This document shows positions 9,445 to 19,054 of a DNA stretch of 64,000 nucleotides, in pieces (the stretch's first letter is position 1; each line of letters begins with the position of its first letter). Below the pieces are notes generated by a model that worked only from the letters and a program-made list of their open reading frames with translations, was not told where the DNA came from and made no database searches. The translations under genes and the position numbers were made by a program. This stretch comes from a bacterium. GTDB taxonomy: Bacteria > Patescibacteriota > Gracilibacteria > UBA1369 > GCA-2718715. Where the stretch lies: positions 8,237-72,236 of the forward strand of contig JABJGM010000014.1 in the NCBI GenBank assembly GCA_018662325.1, read 5' to 3'.

Positions 9445-10854
9445 ATGAATAAAAAAATAAAATTTTTAATTATCTCACAAAGTTTTCTAGTGATAGCAAT
9501 ACTATCAATTTATTTTACTTTAAACTTTAAATCTTCAAATGCAATCCAAGCTAATTCACTTAGAACAGAAACAAAGAAAGAGATAGAAACAAAATCATTA
9601 TATTCAAATACAAACAACAGTCAGAATTCACAATCACTCCTTCTTTCAATACACAATTACATAAAAAACAATCAAACATCAAAGGCCTTACTACTTATTG
9701 ATGAGTTATATAAAGAAAATCCAAATAGCTCACTTTCTTATCTAGTTGCAAGCCATATATTTTTACTAAAAGATCAAAATCAGTTAGCATTTAATAATTT
9801 AGAAGAAGCTAGTAAATTTTCAGATTATAACAAATTAAATACGCACTTAGACATCCAGCTAAATTTAATAATCAACAATTTTAAGCACTTTGAAAACAAT
9901 TTAAATAGAATTAATATCAATGACCCAAATCAGACAATTCATTACTTAATTTATTTATCAAAAAAGAAAAACTTCAAAGAAATTGAAAATATATTCAAAA
10001 AAGATTTTTTACTAAAAAATTCTCTAAATTATGATTTAAAACAAGATTATGAATATTTTAAAACATTTCAAGACGGAAGCATAAATATGCTCTATAACCT
10101 CTGGGCAAAATCATTAATCAAAAATAAATACATCCACTATGCAAGAAGTCTATTGTTAGACGCTATAAAGAACGATGCTAGTTCGCATAATAGCTACTTA
10201 CTATTGAGTTACTGTTATATATTAAGTGAAAACTATGATGAAGCTTTAACAATTTTAAATAAATCAAAGAAAATTGACCCTTACAATCAAAATATAAATT
10301 TTTACCTAGCAATACTAAACTACCAAGAAAACAACTTTCAAGAGTCAATATCATACTTAAATAAAATAAAAGACAAAGACTTAAACAAGCAAAAAATCAA
10401 AATATTAGGACTTAATTATTATAACTTAAAAAATTATCAAAATGCCGAAAAATACTTAGAAGAATATAAGAACTATGACATGCAAGATCTAGAAGTAAGT
10501 GAGTATTTATTAAATATATATTTTAAGCATAACAAAAACCTAGAAAAGGCATATTTATTAATACAAAATCTAGAAAATCAAAAACTATCATCTGCCAATT
10601 ACTTTAACTTAATAGGTATAAGTTATTTAAATTTAAACAATTCGAATAAAGCTTCTTCAAACTTTCAAAAAGCTCTAACAATTGACCCCAACTTTTATCC
10701 GTCACTTTACAATCAAGCCGAAATTTATCTCAAAAAAAATAATACAAATAAAGCTAAATTAAATCTAGAAAGAGGGTTAGAAATTGCCAAAATACATAAC
10801 GATAAAAAATTCATAGAAAAGTTCCAAAACAAAATAATACTAATCAACAATTAA
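9445..10854 (+). CDS. Membrane-anchored tetratricopeptide-repeat protein
   Basis: N-terminal hydrophobic helix; TPR-like units (KKIDPYN, ALTIDPNF...YNQAEIY). Confidence 0.8.
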   Translation: MNKKIKFLIISQSFLVIAILSIYFTLNFKSSNAIQANSLRTETKKEIETKSLYSNTNNSQNSQSLLLSIHNYIKNNQTSKALLLIDELYKENPNSSLSYLVASHIFLLKDQNQLAFNNLEEASKFSDYNKLNTHLDIQLNLIINNFKHFENNLNRININDPNQTIHYLIYLSKKKNFKEIENIFKKDFLLKNSLNYDLKQDYEYFKTFQDGSINMLYNLWAKSLIKNKYIHYARSLLLDAIKNDASSHNSYLLLSYCYILSENYDEALTILNKSKKIDPYNQNINFYLAILNYQENNFQESISYLNKIKDKDLNKQKIKILGLNYYNLKNYQNAEKYLEEYKNYDMQDLEVSEYLLNIYFKHNKNLEKAYLLIQNLENQKLSSANYFNLIGISYLNLNNSNKASSNFQKALTIDPNFYPSLYNQAEIYLKKNNTNKAKLNLERGLEIAKIHNDKKFIEKFQNKIILINN

Positions 10855-10950
10855 TTATAATTTTTATAATTAATAAGGCAATCTAAAATCAATAATTTAA
10901 ATCGAAGTTTATATATAATTTTGCTAATCTTAAGATAAGAAATAAAATCT

Positions 10951-11685
10951 ATGTTAAATTATCTTTATTTATTTTTTATAGGAACATTTATTGGAAGCTA
11001 TTTTAGTAGTTTAGTATTTGAGGATACAAAATTAGTAATAACTAAAAGAAGATCAAAATGCCAAAAATGTAAGAATAATCTTAAAAGCTGGATGCTAGTT
11101 CCTGTTTTTTCTTATTTAGCTCTTAGCGGTAGATGTCATTACTGTAAAGAAGACATTTCAATGGCATATCCACTATTAGAATTAATAACAGGTGCAAGTT
11201 TTGTTCTTTTATCTTTAAATTATACATACGATCTCAGTCAAATATTCATTCTGTCAACAATGGCACTATTTATAGCATCTAGCTTTTCCGATCAAAAAAA
11301 TTTAGAAATTTCTAACACATTAATTTACTCGACATTAACTTTTGGATTAATTTATATGTTTCTAAATTTTAATTCTGATTTAATATATGGATTTATAACT
11401 GGTGGATTATTTTTTGAGATACAAAGATATATTTCAAAGGGTAAATGGGTAGGGCAAGCAGATGCATACTTTGCAGCTACAATTGGATGCCTTATGGGCT
11501 TTGAATTAACTATATTAACAATATTTTTATCGTATTGGCTTGCTACAATATATGTAATTCCAAAACTACTTAGTAGATCAATCAACATGAAATCGAAATT
11601 ACCATTTATTCCATTTTTAACTTTAAGTTTTTTTCTGGTAAACTTTTTTTACGACATAATCGTAATTAATTTAAATTATTTTTAA
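10951..11685 (+). CDS. pilD: Type IV prepilin peptidase (A24)
   Basis: RSKCQKC, GRCHYC, YPLLEL, GQAD, LPFIPFL; multiple TM segments. Confidence 0.9.
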   Translation: MLNYLYLFFIGTFIGSYFSSLVFEDTKLVITKRRSKCQKCKNNLKSWMLVPVFSYLALSGRCHYCKEDISMAYPLLELITGASFVLLSLNYTYDLSQIFILSTMALFIASSFSDQKNLEISNTLIYSTLTFGLIYMFLNFNSDLIYGFITGGLFFEIQRYISKGKWVGQADAYFAATIGCLMGFELTILTIFLSYWLATIYVIPKLLSRSINMKSKLPFIPFLTLSFFLVNFFYDIIVINLNYF

Positions 11686-12734
11686 TGAAATTTTTAATTT
11701 TAGCAGGAGGGCACGGAAAAAGACTTTGGCCACTAAGCGATTCTAAAACACCAAAACAATTTCAATCATTTATTGGAAATAAAACACTACTTCAACTTAC
11801 ATACGATAGATTAAGCAAGTTTGGAAGTCAGAATATTTTTATTTCAACAAACCAAAGATACAAAAGCTTAGTTTTAGAACAACTCCCAAAAATCAATGAA
11901 GATCAAGTGATTTGTGAGCCAGAAAAAAGAGATAACGGTCCAAGTGTTGCTGTATGTATGAGTTACCTAAAAAGTTTATTTGGGGAAGAAGAAACTGTAT
12001 CTATTTCACATGCTGATCATTTAGTTAAAAATGAACTTGAATTTCAAGAAAAACTTCAATTAGCTCATGAAACTTCAAAAAAACATAATAAATTTACTAT
12101 AGTTCAAGTTAAAGCAAAATCTGCAAATCCAAATCTAGGTTATGTAAAAATCAAAGATTTATTTGAAAAAGTAAATGATTCAGAAATTTATACTCTTGAA
12201 AAATTCATAGAAAAACCTGACCAAGAAACTGCTGAAAAATTTCTTGAATCCTACAAATACCTATGGAACACAGGATACTTTGTGTGGCCTATCAAAAAGT
12301 TTTTTGAAGAACTAAAAACTACTAACAAAGATGTGTTCGAATTATGTGAAAAAATTAACAACTTTCAAGATTTTTCAGATACTTATTCTAAAATGCCGGT
12401 TATATCAATTGACTACATGCTAATAGAAAAAGTAAATCCAACTGAAATTTTAATTATACCAAGTGATCTAGGGTGGAGTGACATTGGAACTTGGCAAACA
12501 TTATTTGAAGAATCTCCCAAAGATAAAAATTCAAACTTAATCGAAGGACAAGTTTTATCAAAAAACAACCAAGATACTTTGATAATCAACAAAGAAAATG
12601 GCAAACAAGTTGTAGCGTTTAACTTAAATGATTTAACAATTGTAAATACTAAAGATAAAATATTAATTTGCCCAACAAAGGATGCAAAAGACTTAAAAAA
12701 CTACATAAAAGACTTAGACAATAATTTACTATAA
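11685..12734 (+). CDS. manC: Mannose-1-phosphate guanylyltransferase
   Basis: ILAGGHGKRLWPLS...PKQF, FIEKP, WNTG, GWSDIGTW. Confidence 0.9.
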   Translation: MKFLILAGGHGKRLWPLSDSKTPKQFQSFIGNKTLLQLTYDRLSKFGSQNIFISTNQRYKSLVLEQLPKINEDQVICEPEKRDNGPSVAVCMSYLKSLFGEEETVSISHADHLVKNELEFQEKLQLAHETSKKHNKFTIVQVKAKSANPNLGYVKIKDLFEKVNDSEIYTLEKFIEKPDQETAEKFLESYKYLWNTGYFVWPIKKFFEELKTTNKDVFELCEKINNFQDFSDTYSKMPVISIDYMLIEKVNPTEILIIPSDLGWSDIGTWQTLFEESPKDKNSNLIEGQVLSKNNQDTLIINKENGKQVVAFNLNDLTIVNTKDKILICPTKDAKDLKNYIKDLDNNLL

Positions 12735-14245
12735 TGAAATCCGACAAAGCTCTATTAATTATCATTGATGGTTACGGAATTGCAAAAGATGCTGATGATA
12801 ATGCTGTAACAAGATCTAATTCGCCGCATTTAAAAAACCTACTAAAGAATAATCCGACAACTATTGAAGCATCTGGTAAAGCAGTGGGCTTACCCGAAAA
12901 CACAGTAGGTAACTCTGAAGTTGGACACTTTACAATTGGTTGTGGACAAATACTAGATCAAGCTTTAGTTAGAATAAATAAATCCATAGAAACAAAAAAA
13001 TTTTTTGAAATAAACTTATTAAAAGATCAGATTAATAAAACTAAAAATGCAGAATCTAATATTCACATTACCTGCCTTTTAAGCGACACCGGAATTCATG
13101 GACAAATAAAACATTTAAAAGCAGTTTGCGAACTTTTAAAACAAGAAAAAATTAAAAACTTTTACTTCCATGGAGTATTAGATGGAAGAGATGTTCCTCA
13201 AAAGTCGGCTGAAAAATATATAAATCAAACAATAAATTTATTTAAAGAAGAAAAGATTGGAACCCTTGCTAGTCTTTGCGGTAGATTCTATGCAATGGAT
13301 AGAGATAATAACTATGAAAGAACAAAAGTATTCTATGATCTCGTAACAAACTCAGAAGAGATAAAGAAAACAGATGAGGCAAAACTCTTAACTGAAATTT
13401 ATAAAGAAGCCGAAAACGACTATTATGCAAAAGCTTATAAAATCTCGGATTTCCCTTCTCTAAAAGATTCTGATTTATTTATAAATATGAACTACAGAAC
13501 AGACAGACAAGAACAAATAACTCAAGCTCTAGAAAATCTAAACTTTTCTGAATTTAAAGCAGATATAAAACCAAACTTAATTACATTTGGTGATTATGGA
13601 TCAAAAAAATTCAACATTTTTCCAACACCAGAAATCAAAGAAAACTTATCTTCAGTTTTAAATAATGCAAACTACAAACAGGCTAGAATTGCAGAAACAG
13701 AAAAATTCGCACACGTAACTTTCTTTTTTAATTCACAAAACAAACAAAAATCACAGCTAGAAGAACATTTTCTAATTCCTTCCAGTAAAGTTGCAAACTA
13801 CAAAGACGATCCAACAATGCAAGCTTCTAAAATAACTGAAAAAGCAATAGAAGTTTTAAAAAGTGACTATAAGCTAATAGTTATTAACTATGCAAATCCT
13901 GACTTAGTCGGACACTCTGGGAATTTTGAAGCAACTAAAATTGGAATAGAATGTATTGATAAAAATTTAAAAAAATTAATTCCAAAAGCCTTAAATGAAA
14001 ATTACACAATCATTATAATTGCAGACCATGGAAATGCAGAAGATATGAAACACGAAGATGGATCACAAAACCCTAGTCATACTACAAACCAAGTCCCCTT
14101 TATTGTAGTATCTAACAAAAATTATCAAACAAAAAAAGTTAAAGATGCAGGTTTAAAAGATATAGCTCCTACAATCTTAGATATTTTAGATTTAAAAATA
14201 CCAAATTCTTTTCATGGTTCATCATTAATTGAGGAACTCAATTAA
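12734..14245 (+). CDS. gpmI: 2,3-bisphosphoglycerate-independent phosphoglycerate mutase
   Basis: IIDGYG, GNSEVGH, GRFYAMDRD, AETEKFAHVTFF, ADHGNAE. Confidence 0.97.
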   Translation: MKSDKALLIIIDGYGIAKDADDNAVTRSNSPHLKNLLKNNPTTIEASGKAVGLPENTVGNSEVGHFTIGCGQILDQALVRINKSIETKKFFEINLLKDQINKTKNAESNIHITCLLSDTGIHGQIKHLKAVCELLKQEKIKNFYFHGVLDGRDVPQKSAEKYINQTINLFKEEKIGTLASLCGRFYAMDRDNNYERTKVFYDLVTNSEEIKKTDEAKLLTEIYKEAENDYYAKAYKISDFPSLKDSDLFINMNYRTDRQEQITQALENLNFSEFKADIKPNLITFGDYGSKKFNIFPTPEIKENLSSVLNNANYKQARIAETEKFAHVTFFFNSQNKQKSQLEEHFLIPSSKVANYKDDPTMQASKITEKAIEVLKSDYKLIVINYANPDLVGHSGNFEATKIGIECIDKNLKKLIPKALNENYTIIIIADHGNAEDMKHEDGSQNPSHTTNQVPFIVVSNKNYQTKKVKDAGLKDIAPTILDILDLKIPNSFHGSSLIEELN

Positions 14246-14347
14246 CCAACTTATATAATTAGGGATATTAACAAGTTTTATGCAAGCCAAGAAAGTTGTA
14301 TTTAGGGCTTAATTAACATAAAATATGTTAAAATTAAACCCAATTTT

Positions 14348-17300
14348 ATGGATTTTAAAAAGAGGCTTAAACCTTCTTTAATTACATTAGCAGCGGCTTT
14401 TGTATTACTTGTTCTAAGCCCAGCAAGTTTTAAACCAAGCTTTTTACCTGACTTTATTAAAGATAGTCAGTTTTCACTTGGTCTTGATTTACAAGGTGGA
14501 TCACAATTAGATTACCAATTAGATCTAAGAAAAGTAGAAGAAAGCGACAAGGAAAATGTTATTGATGGAATAACAAATATTATTAACAAAAGAGTGAATA
14601 AACTTGGTGTTTCAGAGCCAAATATTTATACTTCGAAAGTTGCAGATGAGCAACATGTAATCGTAGAACTTGCCGGAGTAAATGATCTAGAAGAAGCCAA
14701 GCAAAGAGTTGGTAAGACTATTCAGCTAGAATTCAAAGAAAGCAATAACGATATATCTGATAATCAAGTAAAAGAAATAGAAGTAAACGCAAAAAATATT
14801 TACGCTGAGGCTTTTGCAAATCCAGAAAATTTTGCTTTGATTTCACAAAGAGAGCAACAAGCAAATCCACAGAAAGTATTTTTTCAAGAAATAGACTATA
14901 CATTCGAATCAGAACTTACAAATCCAGAGCTGTTATCAACATTAAAAAGCATGGAAGTAAATTCAATATATAAAGATATATTAAATAATGACTTTGGTCT
15001 TACATTTATAAATGGAAGAATTGAACCTCTACAAGGATACGCGACTTTAAAATTAATAGACAAAAAACTTACAGATAAAACCATAACAGAGGAAAGAAGT
15101 ATTAAAGCTAAAAAGATTTTAATTACACATAAAGAATCTGAAAACTTTGCAAATGATGAACTCTCAAAACAAGATGCAAGAAATCTAGCTAATGAGATAG
15201 CAAAAAACCTAAAAGATGGATCAACAAGTTTCAGTGATGCAGTTAAAGAGTATTCTAAAGATATAACAACAAACAAAGTTGCTGGAGAACTAAAAAATTC
15301 AATTTCCAGTAACTCACCATATCCACAAGAATTAATTGATCTTGCTCAAACTGTTAACGAATCAGGAAGCATAGAAATTCTTGAAACATCTAATGGAGTT
15401 GAAATTTATGAGTTTGGAGAAATAACAGAAAAGTCAGAAAAAGTAGTACCAGAAAATCAATATAAATATGAATTATTAGTTTTTTCTACTACTCCGAATC
15501 CGTGGAAAGAAACCAAATTAAACGGACAGTATTTCAAAAGAGCTGCGACGGCTTTTGATCAATACGGAAAACCATTCGTACAAATTGAATTCACACCAGA
15601 AGGTGGTGAGTTATTTGCAGAAATAACTGAAAGAAATATACAAAAACAAGTAGCAATTTTTGTTGGAGGAGAAGAAATTTCAGCTCCAGTAGTACAACAA
15701 AAAATCGTTGGTGGAACAGCTCAAATTACAAATCCAAATTTCACTCAAAAATCAGCACAAGAGTTAACAACTAACTTAAATACAGGTGCGATTCCAGCTC
15801 CAATTAATTTAGTTGGACAATACACAATTGGTCCAAACTTAGGGAAACTAGCATTAGATACATCATTACAAGCAGCACTTGTTGGTCTTGTTATTCTAAT
15901 TGGATATATGATGTTTTTATATTCAAAAGCTGGATTCAAAGCTAATATTGCTCTTTTATCATATGCCGGATTATTATTATTTCTAATTAAAGTAAACTTA
16001 CATACATTAGTAGCTTTAATAATTGCATTTATAATCTACGGAGTTTTATTTAAAAAAGTCTTGGATTCAAAAGAAAAATTCTTTGAAAAATTCTTTTCAA
16101 TCTTAGTAGCAACATTTAGTTTGTTTTTCTTAACATACTTATTATCAGTATCCGTAACTTTAACTCTAGCTGGAATAGCAGGTATTGTTCTTTCTATTGG
16201 TATGGCAGTAGATGCTAACGTGCTTATTTTCGAAAGAATTAAAGAAGAAATGCAAAACGAAAAAAATAATCTTAAAGCAATAGAAAAAGGGTTTCAAAGA
16301 GCTTGGTCATCTATTAGAGACTCAAACTTTTCATCTTTAATTACCTGCGGAATCCTTTACTACTTCGGAACATCTATAATCAAAGGATTTGCGTTAACAC
16401 TATCAGCTGGGATTTTAATTTCTATGTTTTCAGCAGTAGTAATCACTAAAAAATTAATTACATATAAAGCAACTAAAACAACAAACGATTTTGGAAGTAA
16501 AAAAATTAAAAAATTCAATTTTAATTTCATTCAGAATTTCAATAAAACAAGTATCTTATCTGGAATACTAATTCTAGTAGCATTAGTAAGTTTTGCCACA
16601 AACGGACTAAAATTAGGTATAGATTTTAAAGGTGGTACTTTAATAGAAATACAAACACAGGAAGTAGTTAAAGAAGATGTAATCAAAGCATATGTAAATA
16701 AATTTTCGGAAGATCAAGATCTATTAAAAGGATCTGTTAACACTTCAGGAGAGAAATCTTATCAAATTAAATTAGATTATATTGACGAAATCACACATCA
16801 AAAATTCAAAAACGAACTAAGTCAAGAAATCAATCAAGAGATAACTGAAACTAGATTTGAGAATGTAGGGGCTAGTGTTTCAAAAACATTAGCAAATAAA
16901 GCACTTATATCATTAACAATTGCACTACTAGCAATCATTCTTTATATAGCAATTTCATTTAGAGAAATACCACAAGAATATAATCCGTTTAAATTCGGAC
17001 TAGCAGCAATAGTTGCCTTAGTTCACGATGTAGTTATTACACTTGGAATATTCTCTTTATTTGGAATAGAAATTGATATTCTTTTCATTACTGCATTATT
17101 AACAATCTTAGGATTCTCTGTGCATGATACAATTGTAGTATTTGATAGAATCAGAGAAAATCTATTGAAAATTAAAAAATCAGAAACATTAGAAGACGTT
17201 TCAAATGCAGCCCTAAATGAAACATTAACAAGATCAATAAACACTTCAATCTCAACATTAATTACCCTATTATCTCTATTTATCCTGGGAGCAGCGTCAA

Positions 17301-17401
17301 TTAAATACTTCATATTAGCATTAATAATAGGTATTTTAGTTGGTACATACTCCTCTATTTTTATCGCAGCGCCAACTATGATAAAAATAAATAAAAAATA
17401 A
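14348..17401 (+). CDS. secDF: Fused protein translocase SecDF with parvulin-like insertions in the extracytoplasmic domain
   Basis: LGLDLQGG, GVSEP, GMAVDANVLIFERIKEE (SecD); GIDFKGG, GFSVHDTIVVFDRIRE (SecF). Confidence 0.96.
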   Translation: MDFKKRLKPSLITLAAAFVLLVLSPASFKPSFLPDFIKDSQFSLGLDLQGGSQLDYQLDLRKVEESDKENVIDGITNIINKRVNKLGVSEPNIYTSKVADEQHVIVELAGVNDLEEAKQRVGKTIQLEFKESNNDISDNQVKEIEVNAKNIYAEAFANPENFALISQREQQANPQKVFFQEIDYTFESELTNPELLSTLKSMEVNSIYKDILNNDFGLTFINGRIEPLQGYATLKLIDKKLTDKTITEERSIKAKKILITHKESENFANDELSKQDARNLANEIAKNLKDGSTSFSDAVKEYSKDITTNKVAGELKNSISSNSPYPQELIDLAQTVNESGSIEILETSNGVEIYEFGEITEKSEKVVPENQYKYELLVFSTTPNPWKETKLNGQYFKRAATAFDQYGKPFVQIEFTPEGGELFAEITERNIQKQVAIFVGGEEISAPVVQQKIVGGTAQITNPNFTQKSAQELTTNLNTGAIPAPINLVGQYTIGPNLGKLALDTSLQAALVGLVILIGYMMFLYSKAGFKANIALLSYAGLLLFLIKVNLHTLVALIIAFIIYGVLFKKVLDSKEKFFEKFFSILVATFSLFFLTYLLSVSVTLTLAGIAGIVLSIGMAVDANVLIFERIKEEMQNEKNNLKAIEKGFQRAWSSIRDSNFSSLITCGILYYFGTSIIKGFALTLSAGILISMFSAVVITKKLITYKATKTTNDFGSKKIKKFNFNFIQNFNKTSILSGILILVALVSFATNGLKLGIDFKGGTLIEIQTQEVVKEDVIKAYVNKFSEDQDLLKGSVNTSGEKSYQIKLDYIDEITHQKFKNELSQEINQEITETRFENVGASVSKTLANKALISLTIALLAIILYIAISFREIPQEYNPFKFGLAAIVALVHDVVITLGIFSLFGIEIDILFITALLTILGFSVHDTIVVFDRIRENLLKIKKSETLEDVSNAALNETLTRSINTSISTLITLLSLFILGAASIKYFILALIIGILVGTYSSIFIAAPTMIKINKK

Positions 17402-17420
17402 TCTATTAATGACAGACCTA

Positions 17421-17449
17421 ATAAAAAGCCCTAACATAGGGCTTTTTAT
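17421..17449. terminator. Intrinsic terminator after secDF
   Basis: Perfect inverted repeat ATAAAAAGCCCTA-aca-TAGGGCTTTTTAT. Confidence 0.85.
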
Positions 17450-17458
17450 GTAATCTAG

Positions 17459-17487
17459 TTGACAAAAAAAGAAAAAAGATGTAAGTT
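17459..17487 (+). promoter_or_regulatory. sigma70-type promoter of pentapeptide/wHTH copy 1
   Basis: TTGACA (17459-64), 17 nt, TAAGTT (17482-87); same layout as the copy 2 promoter. Confidence 0.7.
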
Positions 17488-17509
17488 GGCACAAAAACAA
17501 CCATTAATT

Positions 17510-18891
17510 ATGTCAAACTTAATTTTAGAAGCAAAGCAAAAGGCTCTAAGAGCAGCTGAATTACAAAATCGATTAGAAGAAGTAGAATTAGAACAAAAAA
17601 AAGCAGTGAATGAAGCTGAAACAATAATTAAAGAGCAAGTAAACAATGCTATTAATGATCAAAAGTCAAGCATTGAAGGATTCAAAGAGATAATTACAAA
17701 ACTTCCACATGGAATTTTAAATATACTTATATCAAATCCAAATGATAAATCAAAAATTGATTCACTAACAATCAATGACTTATTTATTTTAACAAATCTA
17801 GACAACCTGAAACAATCAAATTACACGAGTAATTTAATTGATTCTTTAAATACTAAAATTAGTCCCCTAAGTATAGTTACTAATGAAACTGGAGAACTGA
17901 ATTTAATCGAAAAAAATCTATCTTCAATCGTGGAAAAAACACATATAATACCGAAAATAATAGTTCTGCAGAAACAGATGAAAACCAAGTATCTGAAAGA
18001 GAAAGTAATATAGAAACATCAAATGATGCAAATAACGCAGAAACCCACTCAAATATTGAAAACCAAATAATAGATTTTAATAATAAAGAAACCTATATAG
18101 ATATTAAAAAAGAACCAGTAAACCTTCCTAGAGGATTCAAGGTAGTAAAAAGAAGAACTTACTATTTTGAAAGACGAAGGGGTCTACGAAGAGTTATATT
18201 TCTATACACAGTAGTAGGTCCAAAATTAGATTTAAGTGGAGCTAATTTAGAAAGAGCTAATTTGTATAGTGCTAATTTACAAGGAGCTAATTTACAAGAA
18301 GCTAATTTACAAGGAGCTAATTTACAATATGCTGATTTAGAAGGAGCTAATTTACAAGGAGCTAATTTACAAGAAGCTAATTTAACTGATGCATACGCTA
18401 GTAGCGCTAATTTTACTGATGCCAAATTAAATGGAGCAGATTTTAAAAGAACTAATTTAATTGATGCAACTCTTAATGAAATATCAAATGTTAAGAATTT
18501 AACATTAGAAGAAATTCCATTAATATTTACAATTGATGGAATAGAATATACACAATATATAAAAGAAAAAGAATTAATTAAATTATTATTAGGAACAAGT
18601 TATTTTAGCAATGCATATATAGGAAGAACTTTATTATACAACATAAATAATCCATTAACTTCAACTCAAATTGCAACTCTAGCTGGATTAAAAAAATCAC
18701 AAAATAGTTACCCAAGCACATTTGTTAAAGGAAAATTCAGTGAGTTATTAAAAGAAGAATATGCAGAATTAATAATTACACCGAAAACAAAAGGAAACTT
18801 TAAAAAAATTTACTTAACTCTAAAAGAAGAATTCTATAGAAGGTTAATATCCGAAGCAACAACAAATGAAAATCTTATTGCTGAAAGCTAA
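17510..18891 (+). pseudogene. Frameshifted (or recoded) paralog of 19055-21097: coiled coil / wHTH-like / pentapeptide repeat / wHTH-like
   Basis: ATG 17510 (MSNLILEAKQ, compare MSNKLQEAQ). Frame 2 ends at 18013; frame 1 is open 17887-18891 and encodes IDFNNKETYIDI, pentapeptides and LTLKEEFYR as in the paralog. Confidence 0.85.
18226..18480 (+). repeat. 15-nt tandem repeat (GCTAATTTACAAGGA-like) encoding A(N/D)Lxx pentapeptides
   Basis: About 17 units read directly. Confidence 0.92.
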
Positions 18892-18967
18892 AAATAAATT
18901 AATACAGCAAGCAACATTGAATCAAATGAAATAATAGAAACTGAAGAATAACAAAAAAATTTTTTTT

Positions 18968-18993
18968 AAACAGTCATAAAATGGATGTTTTTT
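18968..18993 (+). terminator. Possible imperfect terminator between the paralogs
   Basis: AAACAgtCAT-aaa-ATGgaTGTTT followed by Ts. Confidence 0.4.
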
Positions 18994-19005
18994 CTACTTT
19001 AAAAT

Positions 19006-19034
19006 TTGACAAAAAGAGAAAAACACCTTAACTT
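19006..19034 (+). promoter_or_regulatory. sigma70-type promoter of pentapeptide/wHTH copy 2
   Basis: TTGACA (19006-11), 17 nt, TAACTT (19029-34). Confidence 0.7.
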
Positions 19035-19054
19035 ATATTAAATAAAATAAAAAT

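Noticed and set aside
17459..17509. TTG start for the 184-aa ORF
   Set aside because: The TTG is the -35 box TTGACA; paralog alignment places the start at ATG 17510
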